Shown here: piece by piece, positions 26,301 to 39,174 of the stretch
Layout of the letters: each line of letters opens with the position of its first letter
Numbering within the stretch: position 1 is the stretch's first letter
Origin: Octopus sinensis
Taxonomy: Eukaryota
DNA length: 64,000 bases
Direction: 5' to 3'
Assembly: GCF_006345805.1 (NCBI RefSeq)
Contig: NC_043019.1
Coordinates: 11,035,360-11,099,359 of the forward strand
Position numbers and translations under genes: made by a program
The notes under the pieces: generated by a model
Database searches by the model: none
Seen by the model: only the letters and a program-made list of their open reading frames with translations
Told to the model about the DNA's origin: nothing

Positions 26301-26622
26301 GTTATCATCATCAATAGAAATTAACGAGTAGAGGAGCTACTTCACTGAAACATGAAAGTTTCTGACGACGTTACAAGAGGTTCGGCTCAATGAGATGAAG
26401 CGCTGCCACTACCTGGCTGCAGTGAATGACACCAGGTAGAATAATAATAATAATAATACACTGCTCTTAAGACAAGGATCAGTTCTTTGAGAACTTAATA
26501 TCATTAGTGAATAAGGATTTTTCTAGATTTATTGAACAGTAAGCTAATTCACCCGAGTAGAGTAGATACAGAAATGCTCGTTAAGGGAAGGCTGTAGCAA
26601 GCAAAGTGGAGAGAAGCTTCAC

Positions 26623-26665
<43 letters not shown>

Positions 26666-27314
26666 AAGCAATGACTATAATAAATAATAAATGAAAGGCA
26701 GGTAGCAGTAGGTTAAGTTATCGAAATGACAACTGTTACACCTGAATTATTATTATTATCTTCTTCATCATCATTGTTAGAAGTTTGTTAGGTTTAGAAA
26801 GAAACAGTTTTTTGATCAAATAAAGAAAGCACCTCGAAAGCTTTGACTGAAATTTTACACATACACAGAGAGAGAAAAAACATTCACAAGAAAAAAATGA
26901 ACAAAAAAAATAACACTGAATTATTTTGAGATGAAAAAATATAAAATTTCAAGTCACACAAAAGATACACACAGAGGTGGGTGTGGACTGCCATACCAAT
27001 CAAGCTGATTAGTAATGAGTCAGTTAAAAAGCCAAGAAGCTATCAATTACGCACACACATAAATATATATTAATATACACACACACATATCCCTTTGCAC
27101 GCGCGCACACACCTTTGCATGCACAAACGTACACACATATATACACCTTCGCACGCGCACACACACATATGGAGAAAAAGTGAAAAAAAAACAAAAAACA
27201 AAGCAAGCAACAACAATCTCTTAACCGTTTCCCACCCTTAATATCAGAAGCTGAAAAAAGATTATAATCTTAAATTTAACATATTTCAAATGCATGTCAT
27301 TTATTTTATTTTTT

Positions 27315-27348
<34 letters not shown>

Positions 27349-28346
27349 GTATTTTCTTCAAATCCTATTCACACCTAGGCTTTAATTAATAAAGGCAATT
27401 GTGTGGCTAATGAACTAAGCTGCTAAATATTTTTTTCTGAATAGATTTCTTGATGAAGCCGGTTAATGGTAAGAATGAGGGAGAAGATAGCCGCCGCGGC
27501 AGGGTGACAATCAGTATTCACCATCCACAATGGTATTTCTTGATAAGCTGCAGACTAGAGATACTCCTAGCCACATGAAATCAATAAAACCATTCCTTAG
27601 CACCGACAGACAGTGGTGAATCTATTTCAAGACTTGCTGCTTACTGCAGTTGGAATGGAAATTTGCAAGAGGGAGAAATGAAGAACCTGCCATCTCTCTT
27701 TTACAGAAGGAGGGGACTAACAGAAAGGGTTTAACAAGTGGATTAGAAAGATTTAATGCAACATGAGAATGGATTATGGCTAAAACAATGATTGTGTTTA
27801 AGGGTTAGTAGCTGAAAATGAAAAGTGTTAGTCATTTAAAATTTTAAAAATGACAACCAGTTAATTTAGGAGATTAGTCAAGAAAGAGAAAACAGATGAA
27901 AAAGAAGAAAGGAAAATAGGTAAAGAAAGAGAAGTAGGAATGAGAAGAAAAAGATGAAAGAGAAACTAGAAATGAAAAAAGGATAGGGAATGAATGAAAT
28001 GGGGGGAAAATAGACAGGTGAGAAAGAAGAAAAAGGACAGATGAGAAGAATAGGTTGAGAAAAGTGAATATTTTATGTTAATAACATGGCTTTGGTTGAA
28101 TGAAATCATAGGAAATTGATCATTGAAAAATATACAAACACACCCAGACTGACAGATTGAACTAAAAAATAAAAATAAAACAACCACTGACAGTAGATGA
28201 TCTCACATTTAGTAAAACAAGTGTCTTAAATCAGTCAAAATAATAAACAGCCGTTCTTTAGTCAAAGGAAAAAAATTTGGTTATATGTTATAAAAAATGT
28301 TAAAGATAATATAAAGTAATAGAAAGCTGTTCTTACCTGCAGACAT
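10559..28346 (-). CDS. STMN: Stathmin-family protein, spliced CDS of 6 exons, 247 aa (MSAEKAKESTGGVAYEVILKP...HEDDDSYECVVDNS*)
   Basis: Exons assembled by hand. All introns are GT-AG and the phases are compatible (1,0,0,0,0). GGVAYEVILKP matches the stathmin N-terminal motif (GQAFELIL in vertebrates). It is followed by a Pro-rich SPPK linker and a long charged helix with repeated DRLxEH motifs. Confidence 0.93.
11461..11613 (-). CDS. STMN: Stathmin repeat exon (51 aa): DKHIKEVNNACETMYKTSGEKIGEKVFQKMDSAIKNREGVIKAIQDRLQEH
   Basis: Acceptor ctgttctcaacag|, donor |gtaaga. 153 nt, phase 0-0, ends in DRLQEH. Confidence 0.92.
11755..11922. repeat. Inverted repeat, ~46-bp arms around a (TA)n tract, in a stathmin intron
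   Basis: 11755-11800 is the reverse complement of 11877-11922 with two mismatches and a 1-nt indel. Confidence 0.9.
14685..14825 (-). CDS. STMN: Stathmin repeat exon (47 aa): RKKVSDACKNSEMVSKDLEEKINQKFEKYDQNRRAQMQLLLDRLREH
   Basis: Acceptor cttttatgtttag|, donor |gtgagt. 141 nt, phase 0-0, open frame ending in DRLREH like the previous exon. Not in the ORF track because it lacks a start. Confidence 0.9.
14981..15415. repeat. Degenerate satellite with an AACCCCTTTATAC(TACAATAT) motif
   Basis: The motif recurs many times with irregular spacing. Confidence 0.7.
16318..16509 (-). CDS. STMN: Stathmin exon: SLETQRLEQLQKERERAQQVLQKAQEENNTFSKSTKEKLRRSLELNKENREAQIKALQDRLREH
   Basis: Acceptor ccattttctag|, donor |gtaagt. 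192 nt, phase 0-0. Typical stathmin helix. Confidence 0.95.
16685..16900 (+). mobile_element. CR1/L2-like LINE 3' end
   Basis: FRKHFFTLRVAEAWNKLPASVVDCHDTASFK followed by a 3' UTR and (ATT)n tail. The same tail occurs at 7430-7560. Confidence 0.7.
17905..18340 (+). mobile_element. Two adjacent piggyBac-type MITEs (family 2 then family 1) sharing the TTAA at 18118-18121
   Basis: The family 2 body (ttaataatgacaaagatattttactaaattcttc...gtgtatttcaacagaaat) also occurs near 14200-14350, 17360-17560, 20075-20330, 29330-29530 and 51270-51440. Confidence 0.6.
19750..19785 (-). ncRNA. Minimal hammerhead-like motif in a stathmin intron, sense to the pre-mRNA
   Basis: Minus strand: GTT CTGATGA A GGA CTAACT TCT GAAAC GTC AGAAC. 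The core is intact, but the stem I register is non-canonical because AGAAC pairs with GTTCT, overlapping C3U4. Confidence 0.4.
20944..21104 (-). CDS. STMN: Stathmin exon: (E)KAKESTGGVAYEVILKPASNYTPHKPGSPPKETRSLTQEAIADKLKKAQERRE
   Basis: Acceptor ttttctttatag|, donor |gtaatg. 161 nt, phase 1 to 0. Carries the stathmin signature. Confidence 0.95.
25423..25527 (-). CDS. Candidate alternative cassette exon: (V)CKWISGFCIWENHKKIQHQVHPDQQPFDALIIWR(E)
   Basis: Acceptor tgttttttcctgcag|, donor GAG|gtagag (weak). 105 nt, phase 1-1, open in the frame required between the 28337 and 21104 exons. Confidence 0.5.
28337..28346 (-). CDS. STMN: Stathmin first coding exon (ATG TCT GCA G)
   Basis: Minus strand reads aaagacATGTCTGCAG|gtaaga. 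The strong phase-1 donor joins AA of the 21104 exon to give Glu (MSAE). There is no upstream ATG back to a possible acceptor at 28419 (ctctatttcag|). Confidence 0.75.
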
Positions 28347-30785
28347 GTCTTTAGTTAAAAGGAAGCAGTCACACTGAAGGCACTAATAACTATTCACTTT
28401 TAGTCTTCCTTCGGTCCAGCTGAAATAGAGTACGGGAGGTTTAGCAAGAGGCAGTCACGGCGACGAGAGTCCGGTAGCTGAACATCTCAGTGTAATATAT
28501 CCTATAAAGTATTCCAGTGATGTAGCTGGATAGCTGCAGCCTGACAAACAGAAGCCCCTTATGAGTAATGCTGCTGCAGTTGGCAAGATTTTCTCAAGTC
28601 TGACGTAATGATGGGCATATTGATTTGACTAGCAGCAGCAGCAGCACAAGTAGTCGTAGTAGTAGTAGTAGTAGCAGCAGCAGCAACCAAGGCAGGCCTG
28701 CATCAAATCTAGTAGATGCAGCTTTACAATACTTGATGACAAATAGCTTACAACAGCTGAACTACACTCTTACATTTTAGACCTGTACATAACAATCTGC
28801 CGTACCTAGTGATGGATAATTTAGGAGCAGAGAAGAAGAAGAAGAAGCATTCTGCTAGAGACTACCAGGATATGGTCAGTTCCTAGACAAACATGAACCA
28901 ATGGAATACTGCCGATTGTCACAAGCAAATAGCTTTTTTCTTTCCCCTTCATTTTTTTTTTAATTACCAACGACGTACATTTCAACACATGAATTAATCA
29001 AAAGGAAAAGGGTTCTCTTTCCAACAACCAACCCTCCCCTGCCACTTGGCAGCTCATGTGATACCTGTATTTCCAGAGATAGGTGAACAACAAACAACCC
29101 TCACCTTAACCACTTTCTAGTCAGATCATGAACACACACACACACGCAATTAAATGTATGCAATATTTGAATCTTCATCAGAAAGGGTAAATGGTGAACA
29201 TTTCTAACGAGGTTTTTGACTCTCCAAACACACAACATACATTTACACTAATAACTACCATCAGTTCACATATAACACACAACAGGTAGCATACCACAAA
29301 AGTATAATTTCTTATCAACCCTTTTTTAAAGCAACCAACCTGAAACTGCCCCACCCCCACCTCATTCTATCATACAAACCATTACATTTTAAAGGGATCA
29401 AAATTAAACCCTCTTCCACCAAAATGTCATGTTTATGTCCCTTAACACCAGCTTAATCATGACAATGTTATTTTTACGAAATTCTTCATTATTTTTCAAA
29501 ATTAGTTGAAAAAATGCAGACTATTCCAAGAGAAATGTGGGAATCGTCAATAAAGAAGGGAAGGAAGAGAAAGTTGGCATTCAGTTTTATGAGATGGACT
29601 TAATTGCTTGTTTGGGGGGGGGGGGTCAACTTTGAATTGTCAACACAGTTATTCTTAAGAGCACATCAACACAACTTAGTCTCATTCCAATCAGATATTG
29701 TCACACACACACACACAGAATGATAGACACCATACCAATGGGGGAATCAAAGTTTATAGCTTTAAGTTATTTATAAAACAATAAAGTATACAACTGTCAA
29801 CTATTAAACATTTTACAGGTGAAATCATTTAATTAGTAAATGCAGGACAATTATACATCGATAGCTGGCCATGGATCAAGTTCTAGTGGTAGTTGATCAA
29901 GGATCCACGACTCCAGGCAACAGGAAAAGTATCAAGGTCCTAAATGCAACAGGTTTGAGTATGAGGCTGCACTGGTACTAAGTCAGACATTAGGACCACA
30001 AGCAATGGCCTCACTGACACAAGGCTGAGCATCAAACCCCACAAGAAACTGACTGTGCATTAAGTCTCAATGGCAAAACATTGATCATAAGGTTGAACAT
30101 GAGGACCCACAGTAAACATTTCAAAGATCAAATCTCACAGGTAAGATCAAGTTCCGTAGGCAAGGCCAAGGAGTCAGAAAACAAATATAAAATACTCAAC
30201 TATGGTTACAGTTTGTCAACTGAAATTGGAAACCAGGATTTCAAGATTGAGCCAATACTTTTAGTTGCTATTTTTAAAATAAATTCAGTGAATTCTATCC
30301 CCCCAAATAAAATCCCATCAATTAGCATCCCACCACTTTTTAATATCAGCTAACATTATTATTATCATCATTAAATTGAGTAAATAAAGTATAAGAATGT
30401 ATTATCCTGGCAGGGCAGGACCAGCCTGTAGTCAAGATATACATACACACACATGTAACACGGTACAATTTATGGAAGCTTCAGTCACGGAACTAGTGGC
30501 TGATAGAGATAGAGACAACGAGGGAGAAACATCAGCAGGCTGCAGTTCTCTGCTAGCCAGAGCTGCACAATTAACATAAGTAGAGAGATGTGACTGCTAA
30601 AACTGAAAGCTAAAAACCGTTTTCAATGTCACAATCAATAAAAGCCTAAAGCCGCCGCCGCCAATAGGCAATGCACTTTTGTAGCAGCAAAAGACCTAGA
30701 CAGAAAAAAAAGGGGGTGGGAGGGGAAAATAATAAAATTTTGAGCCAAAGAGACCTCGTGACTCATTGAAGAAATTCTTCAAAGG

Positions 30786-30837
30786 TGTATATATATATAT
30801 ATATACATATATTATATATATACATACACACACACAC

Positions 30838-30868
<31 letters not shown>

Positions 30869-31283
30869 CACACACATACATATATATACACACACACATA
30901 CATATATATACACACACACATACATATATATACACACACACATATATATATACACACACATATATATATATACATACACACACATATATATACACACACA
31001 CATATATATATACACACACATATATATATACACACACATATATATATATATATACACACACACATATATATATATACACACACAATATATATATATACAT
31101 ACACACACACATATATATACACACACACATATATATATATATACACACACATATATATATATATATACCACACACATATATATATATAACACACACACAT
31201 ATATATATATACACACACACATATATATATATATACCACACACATATATATATATACACACACACATATATATATATATATAT

Positions 31284-31328
<45 letters not shown>

Positions 31329-31378
31329 TATATATATATATACACACACATATATATATATACACACACACACACACG
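30786..31378. repeat. Compound (TA)n/(CA)n microsatellite array
   Basis: Direct reading. It explains the long Ile/Tyr/His/Thr ORFs. Similar arrays lie at 39740-40160 and 56390-56900. Confidence 0.98.
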
Positions 31379-34300
31379 CACTCTTATGTATATGTATGTA
31401 ATTGACACCGACTCGTAGTTCTGCTAATTAAACAGAAATTATGCAAATTTATAATCAAGAAAAATCAGAATCTATCATAATTTCTTGCAATTCCACACCC
31501 ATTTACCGATACAGCATGGGAACCTGAGCAATACACATGGTTACCATTTCTCTCTATTGAACAACTAAAGGTCAACTTGACCCTACCAACATTTTGGTCA
31601 GGGTCAAGAAAATGGTTAAAAAAATTCAGTTAGTTAATGGATAACACGATTTTAAATTTATAAAATTTAAACGAAATATCTTTTATCAAATCGAATTACT
31701 AATAGTGTACTGGTGTTAATTTATTTAGTTGACCCTAATTCGAATTTTGGGAACTTGTTACATCAAAGTTGTCCTGAAGGCAAAAAGTAAAGAGAATTGT
31801 TTAGAGAAATAGCAAGTCACGTCTTTTGCCTACAGACTTAATATACTGCATTACATTGCTACTAATTTTATTATCATTATTAATAATATATCAGCCTCTC
31901 TACTCTGTGTGACCAGAGGTGGAAGGTCGGAGAGTTTAACTGTGTTGTAGGACTGGAGTTAAACCGTTATAGTGTGAGTCTGGTGAATGTCCAAAACGTT
32001 GTGAGAAGAGGTAACTGCTGACCCATCACCAGGTTGTTTGTTGTTGAGTCTGAAGAAGGAAGAGAAGAAGCAAAAAAAAAAAAGAAAAAGCTGCAACTCG
32101 TTTGATGAAAGCATAATTAACATCTTGGTTCAATCCAAACTCCAGACTAGAAATATTGATCGGTGAGCCATCCTCTCTCTACCTTATCGCCACCACCACC
32201 TCTACTACTGCTACTATATAGATGATGATTCGCCTGGTCTGCTGCCGGCAGATCCCATCTCCTACCACACCCGAGTGTAGTCAAAGCAACCACCAAAGAG
32301 AAAAAGAAGTGGGGTGGAAGGGGTAAAGATGAAAGAAATCACATGAAAGACCCAGTTCGAACGACACACACTCAAGTCACAGAATGCGGGGATGGCGTTG
32401 AGGATGTGATGGAATTTAATAAAAGGGGTGTACAATGGAACGGGAAAAGGTTATCATTCATAAGTGGTGTCCTAAGACAATCGTTGTGGATGGATGAGGT
32501 GGGAGGCCGTGACGCTGGTCGTAGCGTAGAAGAGAGAGCGACGCGAGTAGTGTGGAAGCAACTACCACAAGGAATTAGTTGATACTACATCATACATTAA
32601 TATTATTATTAGTCATAGTTATTAACGATGTCACCAAAGTCAAAAGCCGATTTAGTTTGCACCATCTTCCCTTAACATACTTTTCTTTTGAAGAGTTAGA
32701 TTGAGGTGTAAAGGCGGTGAAGCGTATATTATTTTTTCCTTGTTTTCCTTTGACTCTTAATATATGAAGACGTTACGAATGAGATGTCAACCGATTCAAT
32801 AAAATTAATGTGTCACATGATGCTCTTGCTTCATGAGGACACTTCTCTTCAAACCCTTCTACATACCCCACATTCGAAAGCGAAAGTAATTTAAATAAAC
32901 ATTACAAGTTACATAAATAAACAACCATCACGAACGAAAGGTGACGAAGACAGGGAAAGAAGCAGTGGGGTGAATTCAGCGGGAGAAAACGTGGTGTCAT
33001 TAAAGCCCGGTAACTGATATTATCATCATCACATGATTTCGATGGAGGCTGATAAGAACCACAAGGGTCTTGCCATTAGCAATCTCTCAGTATATCAGTG
33101 GGCATATATATATATATATATATATATATTAGTCTATACACGCACAAACAAACATGTATACACAAGAGAGGAGAGATGATGGTCGGGGATTTATACATTA
33201 GGAAGAAAAGGAGGTACAGGGGGAGGACAGCGAAAATAATGGAGATTAGACAGGTCAAGCAGGAAGGTAAGAGATATTAACGACAGGAGGGAGGGAGAAA
33301 CATAATACAAACACACACATTGATACGTATGTGTGCATATGTGTGTGTGTGTGTGTGCGCACGTATTTATATAGGGGTCGCAGTTAAAAGAAAACAGAGA
33401 GAGGGGGGTTACGTCGGTCTGTGCGCGTTGAGAGATGGCGCGCAATTATCAGCCCACCACAACCACCACCTCAAATTCAATTCGCAGAGACGGTTAAACC
33501 ATGTCCTACTTTTTCTCCTGTCTCTCAGCACACAACCCTCCCCCCTTTCCATATACCCCAGACTGAAAATATTTACAGCCCTTTAATCCTTTCCCTACTC
33601 TCATACATTCAATAACAAACGTCTTGCATAGGCACGAAGCTGTATGAGGTCTGCAGGGAGAAGAGGAGAGAGAGAGAGAGGGCATGCCACAAAAATGAAT
33701 AGTGGCGGGGTTTATTATTGCAAACCCGCTCTTTCTCTAATCTAAAAAGTCCCGGGATTTTTCATTTTATTTTAACGATAAAGGAGTGGCGACTGAAGAT
33801 CGAAACTGATACCAACAAGAAGTAAACAGTCACTTTTATCAAATACCCTCTTCATCACTGAATCATTAAACGCATTAAAAAATAAAAGATAAATACAATT
33901 ACACATAAATTACATTATGATAATGTCACATGTGATTATATATTCCGTATACACAAATTGTATATTTTATACAAACATAGATATTATACATTTATGGACA
34001 CACAAAATGACTTGTGTATATGTGTGTGTGTGTGTACACACGTAGACATACATTACACCTTGTGAAAAATGCGCATGAGAAATTAGTAAAAAAATAAATG
34101 ACATGAATATATATATACACATACATTATATTCATCCGCAACTACATGCCGGTATATCGGCTTATATTAACGTCAATGTATGCCTGGGTGTGTGCGCGTG
34201 ATATACATACATATATACATATATCAAGCACACATTAATGCATTTGCGTATTTATTATTCGCGTGTGTATACATTTTACATATCATTTCATTCATCGCTA

Positions 34301-36506
34301 ATTTCCATCCCGTGTATGTGTGTGTGTATACAAAAGTATAGAGTAACCCATCAGATAAACCGCTTTAATAACTGAAACACACACATATATAATCTTAACA
34401 TATAATTTCCAGCCAAATAACATATACATACACATAGTAATCTATACAGCCAACTATTTTTAAAAAGGAAAATTTATTAACTCCTAAATTCACTAACTGA
34501 ATGAAAAGTAATAAAGGAAAAAAACAAAGGATGGTCACGGGTGAAAGGCTTTTGATTCCTGCAAACCTGGGGCTAAAAAAGCGGGGGTGGTGGCAACACT
34601 ATCTCCCTCTTTCTCACATACAAATACATAGTCAATGAATGCCTGTATACATAATTGGGATATTAAGTGGATGAGATGATAATGAAAGACGAAGAATATT
34701 AAAAGAGGAAGATGGTGACATTTAGGGAAGACATTATTAATATCTTTCCACATACGTTTTGGCTGTTCCTAAGTTGGTTCTTTTTTTTTTTACTTTTTCG
34801 ACACCGATTTCATATTAATTTCATTCCATTTGTTTCAATGTTGTTTGTCATTCTACACCATGGAAACGATTTTACAGCGACGCAAATGCAATTAAACTAC
34901 CAACATCGACCAAAACAATAACGCTAGATTTGCTGAAAATACAAGCAGTCCAGTGATGCTCCTTCATATTATACCATACCTTAGCCCCTACATATACTGT
35001 GCTGACAAATAGATAAAAATGAGATGGTCACCACTGGAATGTCTGACTATCTATATATATAATAGGTCTCTCATACGTTCTTACACTAACCTCAAACTAA
35101 ACTATAAACACAAGTATCAAACTATACACCAGAGTTAAGAGAAACGAAGAGCAGGGTTCGATAAACGATCTAAAAACCTCAAAATTGTTTTTTTTTTAAT
35201 GTTTTTGAAAAAAAAATGGAAACGGTTTGGTGATAGGGAAAACAATAAAACGGGCAATGGGTGAACAAGGGACAGAAAAAAAGGGATAGTGGTGTCATAT
35301 TGAAGTAATATTAGAGAAAAATATGGTTTATATTATTGTTTAGCTCATCGACATGACCATATTAAATAGAAAAAAAATGTTCTTGTCTTTATAAATCATG
35401 AGTTGCTTTGTCCAATCCAAGGTCCCCCCTTTTTTTTTTTCCTTATTTTATAAAACGTTAGGGAGTGTAAAATAAAAGCTGGATTGTTATTTCTAGTTTG
35501 TCTGCTTTCCCACAGAGGCCGTCTCGCTCTTTCTGGGCAGAGACCTAAATTTGCAGGGTGAAAGGAGAAGACAGCAAATAAGAAGGGCGCCAAAGAGGAA
35601 GACGGATAATGAAGAAGCTATTTTCTACAACTTCAAATGAAAAGCACACATTTATCGTTTAAAACTACGCAACCCCGAACCAGAACACGAATATATGATT
35701 AGGGGGTGTTCCAGCAATGACCACCCCGTTTAATTTTATATCTATATATCTGAGGAATGATTAGTGAAAACAGAACAGTTAAGGGTTACGAATTAGGTGA
35801 AAATGAAGTGATTGGGTGGAGGGGCTAGAATAAAGCGCTAATGAAACGGAGATGGGAATAGTAAAAAAATAAAGTGGGGGGGGGTACAATATCCCTTGCT
35901 CATCATTCTGATTTTCAGAGCAGGGTGAGACAGACACCTCGCACGCACGTACACACACACGTGTATGTATATATATACATATATATATTATATATAGATG
36001 GTGTTTGTGTGTGTGTAAGTATTGAAAACGAGGGGTGGTGGATAACAACGACATCAAAATAAAGTGGGGGGGGAAAATGGCAGGGCCTTGTGGTGTAGAG
36101 GAAAGCAGGGCGCGCTGGGATGTAGGACAGAGATGAGAGTCACATATATATATATATTATACAAAGATCTAGAATAGATATGCAATAAAATACGTGTGTG
36201 TGTGTTATATTACTTCTGAAGGTGCATATATTTACAAAGTGCCGCATTTAAATTAAAGAAACGAAGCTTATTAAGTATTGAACAGAAAATTAGTGGTTGG
36301 ACATATTAATTAAAAAATAGCATCACACTGTATTTGTCTCTCCCTCTTAATGTATGTCTTTGAAATTAGTGTAAGAGAATATTTAGAAGAAAACATTAAA
36401 GGATTCTCTGTAATGTATGTATAAACGTGTGTGTATTGTATGGTTGTATGTGTATATATATAATAAATTAAGGATTGTGGAAAAAATAACAAACCTCCAA
36501 CAATAC

Positions 36507-36680
36507 CTGCCACACGGATGAAGCGAGTAGAACGCGTAGCTTAGTTTGACCAGCTTAACAAAGGAAGGCTGGTGGGTGATGACGTCAAAACTACTGATAC
36601 CTTCTGATTGGCTAACATGTTGCTTGACTATCGTTTCATTGGTGGAATTTCACAAACTCTTCTTCTCATTGGTTGACGCA
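36507..36680 (-). promoter_or_regulatory. Candidate stathmin promoter and non-coding leader exon
   Basis: Perfect CRE TGACGTCA at 36580-36587. Three CCAAT boxes (ATTGG at 36607, 36638, 36668, spaced 31 and 30 bp). An ATG-free stretch ends in donor cag|gtattg at 36507. Confidence 0.45.
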
Positions 36681-37358
36681 GCCGGAGCAACTAAATTTAA
36701 AATGCCGGTACGGCGTATATATACCGTTACATTGTTTAATTGATAGTTATAATATATTTACTAACTATGTCTTTTGTTATATGCACATATTACATGACCG
36801 GACTCCTTTCTCCTAGTGTCATTTTTTTTTTGTTTTTTTTTTTTCACGAGAAGGGCTGCTTTAACATGAACATCTGACAGTAGTTGCTCACCTACAAACA
36901 TGGCACTTGTAGCAGATACCTTTTTTTTTTCTTTCCAACCAACCCTGGTATATATAATCGCACAATGGATATTTTCATGATTAAGAGGAGATACTGCATG
37001 AGACGCCATCACCTTCGCAACATCGACTCCAAGTCTCTCAATCAGCCACAACAGCATTTTTTAAAAAATGCCTAATGTAGACAAAATTACAGATTTAAGG
37101 TCTCCCTGATGGGCACCTCCCCACCTTATAATTTAATGAATAATGCATAAGTTTTAATGAAATGTTGCAGAGATATCCTTTGGAGGATATTTACAAATTA
37201 CAATTACGTTAAAAACTATTAAAATAAACCACTTGGGAAGAATTTCAGATGGTTTCAACACGTCCTCCTCCTAACTTAAGCATTTTTCATTTTTGGTGTA
37301 AAAGATTTTGTTGGCGGGGAATATAGGGGTGCTTAAGGCAGAATTTCGTCGATTTCCC

Positions 37359-37811
37359 ACGTTAATATTGCATCTGCATTCTCGACACTGTATTTCTGCG
37401 AAATGTCATTAAAAAAATATGCATTTTGAAGAAAGTTATGAGGTAACAGAGTCGAGAGGGTGAAAGAAAATGATCCGACACTAATTTTTTTAAATTTTTA
37501 ATATTAGTTTTGAGCAATATAGTTGTAATTGGCACCCTCGAAAACGTACCTCTGAAAGATTTTCTTTAAAAACATGCATTTTTCAGAAATATATACACTT
37601 CCTTACATGCATTTTTCAGAAATATATACACTTCCTTTGATAATTTTATAATTATTCGTTTCCTTTAATTTGTCATGTGGAGTAAATAGTGTTGGATCAT
37701 TTTCTTTCACCCTCTCGACTCTTTTACCTCATAACTTTCTTCAAAATGCATTTTTTTTTAATGACATTTCGCAGAAATACAGTGTCGAGAATGCAGATGC
37801 AATATTGACGT
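37359..37811. mobile_element. Foldback/MITE-like element with 125-bp inverted arms
   Basis: 37359-37483 and 37687-37811 are near-perfect reverse complements. The spacer contains a short direct duplication (catgcatttttcagaaatatatacacttcctt x2). No clear TSD. Confidence 0.75.
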
Positions 37812-38934
37812 CAGGAATAATAATAATAATGGTTTCAAAATATGACACAAGGCCAGTAAGTTCGAAGCAGGGTATAAGTCGATTACATCGACCCCAGTGC
37901 TCAACAGGTACTTTATTCTATGTAGTCACATAATATACACACTTATTTTATCGACTCCGAAATAATGAAAAGCTAAGTCAACCCCGGCGGCAATGCAGAA
38001 GTAATTAACGTTGGAATCCTCATGCCATTCCCGGAAGCATATAATGACCAATGTCACATACCCGAAAATAATAGACCCAGATTTGAAACCGCGTTGCGGA
38101 TGTAGTTGGCTTAGGAGATTGCCTGCTTCTTGGAAAAAAATTGCCTGTTGATCTGTGTATTATATACACTTACCTACTTGCATCTTTATTCATTAAATTT
38201 CTGTATTCTTACTACTAACGTAGTTCCTACTTTAAAAAAATACTAATTCTACTGATAATAAAATAAAACTACAATGAAATAATCACAGAGAATTCATTAT
38301 AATACGCTGATGTATGAATTAATTATAAATTCATTTCTAATATTTACAACGAATTTTCTTATCTTTTTTTTTTTTAATTCCAACCAGGGCCTGCCTTCCC
38401 CAAAATTTATCCACAGCAAATAATATGCTATTTTATCTGTCCATTTTATCATTGATTGCTTCCAGAAGGAAAAGGAACAAGTTGTCACGGGTTTTTTACG
38501 CGTGAAATGAAAATGTGAACGACATTCAGGGACCTTTGGTGTCTATTTTGTTCCAATTTTAATGCTTTCTTTATTGTCATGTAGCGAAATGGAGTTAAAT
38601 GATATTTGGCTACAAGCGTGATTGGAAACCCGACTGACGGATTGGATTCCTGGACAGACTACTACTACTACTACTAATGAAATATTAGAATCAACAGTCG
38701 AGCACTGTGTGTGTAAAGGTTGGGGTAAGAGAAAAAAGGCTGAAAGATTTCAACGACAGTAGGAGTATTCAACGATACTAATTAATACTGAAAGACGGTA
38801 CCGTCCCTGGTACGCGGTACCTAGCACCATTTGTGGGGTGGGTGGGGTAGGTTGGATTATAATTTACTCACATGCACAAGCATATTTAAAATAAAAAATC
38901 TATACATACACATATATATATATATACGCACAAG

Positions 38935-38958
38935 CATTTATAATTTTAAAAATGCATG

Positions 38959-38999
<41 letters not shown>

Positions 39000-39072
39000 G
39001 CATTTAGAATAAAAACCTTACACACGTGTATATATATATATATATATATATTTATAATTTTAAAAATACATG

Positions 39073-39113
<41 letters not shown>

Positions 39114-39142
39114 GCATTTAGAATAAAAACCTTACACACGTG

Positions 39143-39174
<32 letters not shown>

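Noticed and set aside
27644-27692. ATG-initiated segment MAGSSFLPLANFHSNC ending in a phase-1 donor GCA|gtaagc (minus strand)
   Set aside because: It is frame-compatible with stathmin but has no supporting motif or promoter evidence, so it is compatible with chance.
30696-31408. 200-aa Ile/Tyr/His/Thr/Cys/Val ORFs (also 38900-40128, 45233-45972, 56196-56811)
   Set aside because: These are translations of (TA)n/(CA)n/(TACA)n microsatellites.
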